From Escherichia phage vB_Eco_SLUR29: a stretch of 48,466 bases of DNA. This document shows, in pieces, positions 42,770 through 48,466 of this stretch. The position numbers were made by a program, and so were the translations under genes. The notes under the pieces are model-generated. The model saw only the letters and a program-made list of their open reading frames with translations, did no database searches and was not told the DNA's origin. How positions within the stretch are numbered: position 1 is the stretch's first letter; each line of letters opens with the position of its first letter. Where the stretch lies: the sequence record NC_054895.1, one strand, 5' to 3'.

Positions 42770-42797
42770 TAAAAAAGGGGAACCCTTAAGGCTCCCC
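42770..42797 (-). terminator. hairpin plus U-tract after major capsid gene
   Basis: minus-strand GGGGAGCC-TTAA-GGGTTCCCC followed by TTTTTAT. Confidence 0.5.
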
Positions 42798-42808
42798 ATG
42801 TTATCTAA

Positions 42809-43780
42809 TTAAACTGACTTTTTCAAGCCAGTAATAAGCACCATCGTAAACGGACGGTAAATCGTAAGGCCAGTACACTTGGAAGTGCAAGGAACCTTGA
42901 AATGAAGGTCTTTTGGCTGCGCCGGAAGCATGTTAAACGCTTCTGGAATCTCAATGCTCATGTTCATTGGATCTTTTTCGTAAACCAAGCAACCTTTAGT
43001 ACCTTTGCCGTCAATATCCTCAAGCTCTGCGATAGAGTCGATAGTGATGCCGCCGTTTTGCTTCTGGAAGTATTCCAGATAACTTTCAGTGGTATTTTCC
43101 ATTCGAACCGTCAGGACTTTGCGCATGGACGGCGGGATCAGGATGTTAGTCGCGCGGTGCTGGCCTTTTGTTACTTCCTCGATCGTTTCGATTGCGGCCT
43201 CCAGTTCATCGCTTGCCACATCAGGGAACTTGGTGTTTCCATCCTGGCTCATCCATCCTTTAGAAACAATTTTCGTAAGGTTAGGATGATCGAAAACGGA
43301 AACGATCTTATGAGGCTTGGAACCTTTGAACACCAGGAAGTTAATCAGCTGATCATGTGCATTTTGCGCGGCGTTAGCCTTGCGAGTTGACAGGCTCTTG
43401 CCAGTTCGCTGGCCTGCTTTAATCTCATCAATGGAGATCAGAAAAGCGTTACCCAGGCGGAACACTTTGCCAAACTCAGAAGTCATCAGCGCGTCCACAG
43501 TCGGCAGATCGTCGGTGTAGTCTGCGATAATTTTCGCGTAGCCAACCTTATCAAAAGTCTGATACTCGAAAGTCTTGTCAGTATCAGAAAGCTCGTTTGT
43601 TACGGGGAATACGCGAAGCGCGGAACCTGCCGGATACTCTTTCTCGTATGCCGTTGAACGGATCTTGTGTAGCTCTTGAGCGGTCCAAATACCCATATCA
43701 GAAGCATCACCCTTAACGCCATGAACCTGTAAATGATTTGCTACAATGGTAGCATCTAATTCATCGTATTTTTTAGCCAT
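42809..43780 (-). CDS. major capsid protein
   Basis: 323 aa; position after decoration/scaffold genes; strong SD GGAGG; by synteny and size. Confidence 0.7.
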   Translation of the reverse strand: MAKKYDELDATIVANHLQVHGVKGDASDMGIWTAQELHKIRSTAYEKEYPAGSALRVFPVTNELSDTDKTFEYQTFDKVGYAKIIADYTDDLPTVDALMTSEFGKVFRLGNAFLISIDEIKAGQRTGKSLSTRKANAAQNAHDQLINFLVFKGSKPHKIVSVFDHPNLTKIVSKGWMSQDGNTKFPDVASDELEAAIETIEEVTKGQHRATNILIPPSMRKVLTVRMENTTESYLEYFQKQNGGITIDSIAELEDIDGKGTKGCLVYEKDPMNMSIEIPEAFNMLPAQPKDLHFKVPCTSKCTGLTIYRPFTMVLITGLKKSV

Positions 43781-43793
43781 TTTGCTTCCTCCA

Positions 43794-43820
43794 TAAAAAA
43801 GGCCGTTAAATGTAACGGCC
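43794..43820 (-). terminator. hairpin plus U-tract immediately upstream of capsid gene SD
   Basis: minus-strand GGCCGTTACATTTAACGGCC followed by TTTTTT. Confidence 0.4.
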
Positions 43821-43826
43821 TAGATG

Positions 43827-43845
43827 ATAGCACTTTTTGTTAAAC
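43827..43845 (+). promoter_or_regulatory. 19-mer copy (ATAGCACTTTTTGTTAAAC) in plus orientation inside structural operon
   Basis: 18/19 match; TATTAG 22 nt after TTGTTA. Confidence 0.4.
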
Positions 43846-43870
43846 GTGCAATGTTTTTTTATGCTATTAG

Positions 43871-44653
43871 TTATTCGCCAGCGGTTTTCGTAAATACAAT
43901 ATCAAACTGGTCAGCAACTCCAGAACCATCATTAGCAGTCCAGTTGACGTTAACTCTGCCTCCTACACCAGTAGGAACAACAAGACCTGTACGGCTAACG
44001 CTGGCAACCTTTGGATCTTGCTCGTTTGTAATTGTCCACTGACCCGTTTTGTCATCAGCCCAAGTAGGAACAACCGTTACCTTTAATTGAACGTTATTAA
44101 TCGTCTCTGTTCCCTCTATGTAGCCATTTTCGGCCTCAATGATCGCACCAGTAAGAAGGTATTTTCTATGATGAAGCGGCGTTATTCTGACTCCGACTAT
44201 GTTCATTGTTTCATCAAACTTGTAGAAGTCACCAGTAAAAATCCAGCCATCGACGATTTCATCGCCATCACTTTTTGCTACAAAACCATCATTGTTAACA
44301 TAAACAAGATCGCCATGTTCAGGCGCAGACTCAATCGTTTGAGTTAAGCACCATACAACCCCTCTTGTTAAAATATTGATAGAATCTCCTTCCTTATAGT
44401 CAGAGTATCCGTCTTCCTCGTTAACCGTTGTCGTGATATTGCTCCTTATAGCAACACCAGCAACCACAGCATCATACTCTTTATGATCAACAAATATGTT
44501 ATAACCTTCCACTCTCTCTTTGAAGAAAACAACTTTGCCAGCAATGATCGACTCAGATCCGCAAACGCCAGTTCCATCAATATTGTAGCGAGTAGAATCA
44601 ACCAAACAACCAGGGCAAGAAAGACCCATAACAGATGAATAATCTTTAGCCAT
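43871..44653 (-). CDS. putative capsid decoration/structural protein with C-terminal Ig-like (Big_2-like) domain
   Basis: 260 aa; N-terminal half paralogous to 44704..45213 product; beta-rich C-terminus. Confidence 0.5.
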   Translation of the reverse strand: MAKDYSSVMGLSCPGCLVDSTRYNIDGTGVCGSESIIAGKVVFFKERVEGYNIFVDHKEYDAVVAGVAIRSNITTTVNEEDGYSDYKEGDSINILTRGVVWCLTQTIESAPEHGDLVYVNNDGFVAKSDGDEIVDGWIFTGDFYKFDETMNIVGVRITPLHHRKYLLTGAIIEAENGYIEGTETINNVQLKVTVVPTWADDKTGQWTITNEQDPKVASVSRTGLVVPTGVGGRVNVNWTANDGSGVADQFDIVFTKTAGE

Positions 44654-44672
44654 TTCATTTCTCCTTACATAA

Positions 44673-44699
44673 TAAAAAAGGCGCTCAAGCGAGCGCCTT
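44673..44699 (-). terminator. intercistronic hairpin plus U-tract
   Basis: minus-strand AGGCGCTCGCTTGAGCGCCT followed by TTTTTT. Confidence 0.5.
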
Positions 44700-44703
44700 A
44701 ATT

Positions 44704-45213
44704 TTAGCTTGGGAAGACCTGAACTTCAAACAAAGTCAACACATCATCGCCAGTTCCAAATGTGGTTTTATCTCCCGTGTAAATCCAGTTGGTATTGATA
44801 GTGCCAGCACTTTTCACCTTGCCAGTGTTTTCATCAATTTTTACAGGCTCACGATACGATGGTTTTTTGCTCTTGTCGGTATCATCGCCAACCATCCAAA
44901 CGCGGCCCTCTGTCATAACGTTGATTCCGCCGCCAGCCTCATAAACCATTCGTCCATTATCAGCCGTAGTTTGAAAGTGCGAACGGATGCCAACGCCATA
45001 AGGAACATCACCACTACCAGAAATAGCGTCGATCAGCTTATTACCCATTGAGTCAACGCCTTTTAGCTTAACAGCCACGCCAACCAGGATTGGGATGCCG
45101 TCTTCCTTGTCAAGAACACAAGCGCCGTCGATGTTATATGCCGAAGTATCGGATACCTGACCAGGAAGCGCACGCGCCATAGTGTCAAAATAACTTGCTC
45201 CAATTTTAGCCAT
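44704..45213 (-). CDS. putative capsid structural protein (paralog of 43871..44653)
   Basis: 169 aa; shared pattern MAK..S....YNIDG......G..V....GV.IRS. Confidence 0.5.
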   Translation of the reverse strand: MAKIGASYFDTMARALPGQVSDTSAYNIDGACVLDKEDGIPILVGVAVKLKGVDSMGNKLIDAISGSGDVPYGVGIRSHFQTTADNGRMVYEAGGGINVMTEGRVWMVGDDTDKSKKPSYREPVKIDENTGKVKSAGTINTNWIYTGDKTTFGTGDDVLTLFEVQVFPS

Positions 45214-45225
45214 TTTAATTACTCC

Positions 45226-46341
45226 TTATTTCAGTTTCTCAAAACGAGCGTTAGGATTCAGCTTAGAACCTGCGTCATCCTGCTTTTCATTCGCGAAAGA
45301 GTCACCTTTAATGCTCTTACGCTGCGCCGCCATTTTATCAGAGTTTTTGGCGATGTCGAAAGCTGTTTCGATATAGGCATCAGTTTTATCAGAAACGTCA
45401 TTGCCCATAACTTCCTTGATGTATGCAACCTTGATTGCTTTCGCATCCAGGCCGTCGCACTTGATGCCTAACTCTTTAGCGTCTGCCACTAATTGAGCAT
45501 ATTGCTCGGCATCTTCTTTGGCCTTCTTGACTGCGGCATCAATCTGATCCTGAATGCCATCTACTTTGGTTTGCAGTGCGTCTCGCTCAGCTTCCAGGCT
45601 GTCAGCCTTTTCTTTCTGAGCTTTGGTATCAGCTTTCAGTGATTCAATGTGATCCGCAACCGCTTTCGGCACGTCAAACTCTACAGCGCCATCCAGTTTA
45701 ATTTTTACAGTCATGATTTGATCCTCTTTGTTGTTAATAACGTCGTCACTATACGGAAAATCTTGCTGGCTATCAAGGTTTAATTTTGCAATGCCAGCTC
45801 GACCTCGGAAAACTAACGCGATGTGGTTTACCTTGATTTCAGTCTGGATTGCATCAAACTTAACCCAATCAGGAGAATCAGGTTTCCAGTCTTCGCTAAC
45901 GTCCTCATCGAAAACGTACTCACCAGTTTTATTATTGCCCCAGCCTGGTTTATCAATATCAACCGATGTATAACCAACTGAAATTTCAGCCGTGTCTCGC
46001 TTCTTTGCGCTTTCGATTGCTCGTTTTGAGTAAATGCTTAACGGAACCTCTACGCCGATCCCGTTAGGCACACCAGCGCCAGCACAAGAACCAACCACAA
46101 CCTTTTCGGCATTTTCTGGCGTTACCGTGACGTGACCAACCGTGACCGGCTTCCCTGCAAAGGTGGCGAGCGAGTCGGCCTTGAATACTTCTGACGCAGG
46201 GCGAAATTCTCGGCGCTCACCGAAAGGAGTCTGATAGACTTGTAAACCAATTCGCGCCACGATAGGGCGATCAACTAAAAACCCGTTATCATCAAAGTGC
46301 GCCTTTACTTTGGCGCTATCAAATCTTTGTTTTGCCTTCAT
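45226..46341 (-). CDS. putative prohead protease/scaffold protein
   Basis: 371 aa; globular N-terminal domain followed by long charged coiled-coil C-terminus; position between head morphogenesis and capsid genes. Confidence 0.5.
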   Translation of the reverse strand: MKAKQRFDSAKVKAHFDDNGFLVDRPIVARIGLQVYQTPFGERREFRPASEVFKADSLATFAGKPVTVGHVTVTPENAEKVVVGSCAGAGVPNGIGVEVPLSIYSKRAIESAKKRDTAEISVGYTSVDIDKPGWGNNKTGEYVFDEDVSEDWKPDSPDWVKFDAIQTEIKVNHIALVFRGRAGIAKLNLDSQQDFPYSDDVINNKEDQIMTVKIKLDGAVEFDVPKAVADHIESLKADTKAQKEKADSLEAERDALQTKVDGIQDQIDAAVKKAKEDAEQYAQLVADAKELGIKCDGLDAKAIKVAYIKEVMGNDVSDKTDAYIETAFDIAKNSDKMAAQRKSIKGDSFANEKQDDAGSKLNPNARFEKLK

Positions 46342-46351
46342 TTAATACCTC

Positions 46352-47107
46352 TTAACTGTTCCAATCTGGTATGGCCCAACAACGACAACCGAAAGGCTCA
46401 CCAGGAAAATCATGTTCAGAATCTAGCGCAATGCGCTTACCTTCCCATTGTACATGCTGCAATCGCTCTCTGTCATCAAGCATACCATGCCAAAAATAAT
46501 GAGTTACTTTTGAATCATAAAGACGCTGGCGCATGAGTCTACTATTCCAAGCGCCTATGATGTTTTCCGCCCTTGTCTTACCCCAAGAGCTATACACTGC
46601 GAACCTCTTACCAGCCAATTCATTAACCTGGCTATCTCTCATTCCGCGAAAGTTTGCCAATCTAATATTGGTTGACCAGTCAGACACGATGTTTCCAAAT
46701 AGCTTTTGAAGAGATGCGATCGTCATGTCATGCCATTGACCGTATAGCGTCCTATACCAACTCTCATTCGCATTGGCCCCAATAGCCATAAGGATGATAA
46801 CGGCTGAATTTGACTTGCCTCCCGTTGATTTGGCTACGTTAATAAATTGCTTCGAGTTGAATTTATAAACAGCAAGACCGATAGCCGGAAGTGATGCGGC
46901 GATGCCAGCTATTAGCTTTAACGCGAAGCTACTAATCTCATCCTCTGCGGCGTTGATTTCTTCGGTGTCCGCGTCAAATTTCATTTCCTTTGTTTTGCTG
47001 CGCATCAGCACAACAAGATCCCTTATCGCCTCCTGAATTGAGCGGCGCAATTGCCGCTCGCTTGCTTCAGGAAAGCGCCATTGTTTAACGACGCCTTTCA
47101 CTATCAT
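46352..47107 (-). CDS. head morphogenesis protein (SPP1 gp7 / Mu F-like)
   Basis: C-terminal ...EPFGCRCW... motif typical of Mu F-like minor capsid proteins; ATGA coupling to portal. Confidence 0.7.
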   Translation of the reverse strand: MIVKGVVKQWRFPEASERQLRRSIQEAIRDLVVLMRSKTKEMKFDADTEEINAAEDEISSFALKLIAGIAASLPAIGLAVYKFNSKQFINVAKSTGGKSNSAVIILMAIGANANESWYRTLYGQWHDMTIASLQKLFGNIVSDWSTNIRLANFRGMRDSQVNELAGKRFAVYSSWGKTRAENIIGAWNSRLMRQRLYDSKVTHYFWHGMLDDRERLQHVQWEGKRIALDSEHDFPGEPFGCRCWAIPDWNS

Positions 47108-48402
47108 TGATTGCTACCCTCGGTTGTTCCTGGCTCCGGCTCTACGTCCTGCTCAGGTAATTTAATGTTATTGCCGTCTTTTAGTTTAACGTTAGGCGCA
47201 ATGGCTCGCAATGTGTCGCGCGCCTCCTCTGTATCCATGAATTGACCGTCAATAGCCTTGCTCAAAGAATCAATGTTCTTGTTCAAGATCTCGGCCTGGT
47301 CCTTTTCGCTGGGAACGCTTAACGGCGCAAACTGAATACTCCATTCTTCCTCTTGAATCAGGAACGGGATCAGAAATTCAAGGATTGGTTTGTATTCTTC
47401 CTTTCGCTTTCTGTCGATCAGCTTGTAGAAGGTTTCAAGCGCCGTGTTTTGGCTCGCGCTAACACCGCCAACGTTCTTGTTTTTGAGGATGATTTCATGG
47501 ATGCCGGAAAGAGATACAATGCGATCCATCTTCTTTTCCAAGAACGAATCGACGGCAGAAATATCAGAATTTAAAACATCATATTCCTCATCTTCCGCAT
47601 CAATGCCGATCGCACGGCCTACGCCACCCTCATCATCAACTTGAGCAAGTCGCAAACGTGCGGCACTAACACCATCATCATCATCACAAAGATCAGCAAG
47701 ACCTTTAACTTTCCATACCGCCTGTTGCTTACGTCGCAACAATTGAGTTGCTAAGTTTTCGCAGTAGTTATAATCACAAATAGCCTCAACAAGTCTCTTA
47801 TTCAGGATCGACTCACCCCACCCATCATTTGATTGACGCCGCTGATTTGGTAGCCGCTCACCGTCGATAATACAGACTCGCGAATAGTGAACCTGGTATT
47901 CTGGCAAGTCGGCACCAGGTGAAATGGTGTAAATTAATGGCTCACCATATCTTACCTTGCGTGGATTAGTTTCGCGCTTTTCTACCCTAACCTGAAAGCG
48001 ATCGTAAACGCGAACATCTTCAAGGATTGCACCAGGCGCTACAGGTGACTTTAACGACCTGCCATCCTGGACGATTGCCACGATTGCAGCGCCACCAAAA
48101 AGACGCGACCAGCAAAGCGCATCAATGATTTTATCGTTTAGTCGCTTCTCATCCCACAAAGATCTAAAACTTTCCTCATCTTCCACGCCATCAATATTAA
48201 ATCCAGGCGTCACCATTTCTTCTGGAACAACGTCGATGATTCGTTTTGCTAGGCCGTCACGAATGTAAAAATCAGCGTGCGTGGTGTATTCGAACCCCTG
48301 CATAAAGAAAGGCAACTCTACACGCCCATTGCCCTTACTACCCTTGAAAATCTCGTTGTATCCATCGGCCTTAACTAGCCTTGTTTTTTCGCTCATCGTC
48401 AA
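47104..48402 (-). CDS. portal protein
   Basis: 432 aa; follows TerL across the window junction; precedes Mu F-like gene; GGAG SD. Confidence 0.8.
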   Translation of the reverse strand: MTMSEKTRLVKADGYNEIFKGSKGNGRVELPFFMQGFEYTTHADFYIRDGLAKRIIDVVPEEMVTPGFNIDGVEDEESFRSLWDEKRLNDKIIDALCWSRLFGGAAIVAIVQDGRSLKSPVAPGAILEDVRVYDRFQVRVEKRETNPRKVRYGEPLIYTISPGADLPEYQVHYSRVCIIDGERLPNQRRQSNDGWGESILNKRLVEAICDYNYCENLATQLLRRKQQAVWKVKGLADLCDDDDGVSAARLRLAQVDDEGGVGRAIGIDAEDEEYDVLNSDISAVDSFLEKKMDRIVSLSGIHEIILKNKNVGGVSASQNTALETFYKLIDRKRKEEYKPILEFLIPFLIQEEEWSIQFAPLSVPSEKDQAEILNKNIDSLSKAIDGQFMDTEEARDTLRAIAPNVKLKDGNNIKLPEQDVEPEPGTTEGSNQ

Positions 48403-48412
48403 ATCTCCATAA

Positions 48413-48439
48413 TAAAAAAGGCTGGAAAAATCCAGCCTT
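48413..48439 (-). terminator. hairpin plus U-tract between TerL and portal (across junction)
   Basis: minus-strand AGGCTGGATTTTTCCAGCCT followed by TTTTTT then ATTATGGAG SD. Confidence 0.5.
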
Positions 48440-48466
48440 GATTATATAACTTTTTAGCAATTAGTG

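Overview
The window reads as a near-complete, circularly permuted genome of a virulent T1-like siphovirus (Drexlerviridae-like); this is an inference from gene content read by eye, with no database search run. Supporting content: a lambda-like tail module (tape measure, G/G-T chaperone with a -1 frameshift, M, L, K, I, J), an HK97-type head module, Erf/SSB/PD-(D/E)xK exonuclease recombination genes, Dam and C5-cytosine methyltransferases, SF2 helicase, primase, and a lysis cassette of pinholin-like holin, SAR endolysin and unimolecular spanin. No integrase, repressor, tRNA or CRISPR array was seen. The large terminase ends at nt 1 and the portal starts at nt 48402 on the same strand, so joining the window ends gives the canonical TerS-TerL-portal order. 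Transcription is organised in alternating blocks: leftward 7569->2175, rightward 8265->15213, leftward 21631->15228, rightward 21719->26282, leftward 28856->26315, and the leftward structural operon 48402->29617 continuing across the junction into TerL/TerS. The most unusual feature is a 19-bp element (ATAGCACTTTTTGTTAAAA) present in 15 copies on both strands. In 11-12 copies it is followed by a copy-specific stem-loop carrying a -10-like hexamer, an A/C-rich leader, SD and ATG, and its TAG often serves as the stop codon of the upstream gene. This resembles the promoter-early stem-loop (PeSL) cassette boundaries described for T4-type phages. Other points of interest are two diverged paralogous ~200-bp non-coding modules in the divergent control regions, helically phased GATTA repeats, a 40-bp inverted copy pair flanking the lysis/phosphoesterase segment, and an uncharacterised P-loop NTPase cassette bounded by the repeated elements. 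All functional calls rest on motifs and synteny and should be confirmed by homology and profile searches.
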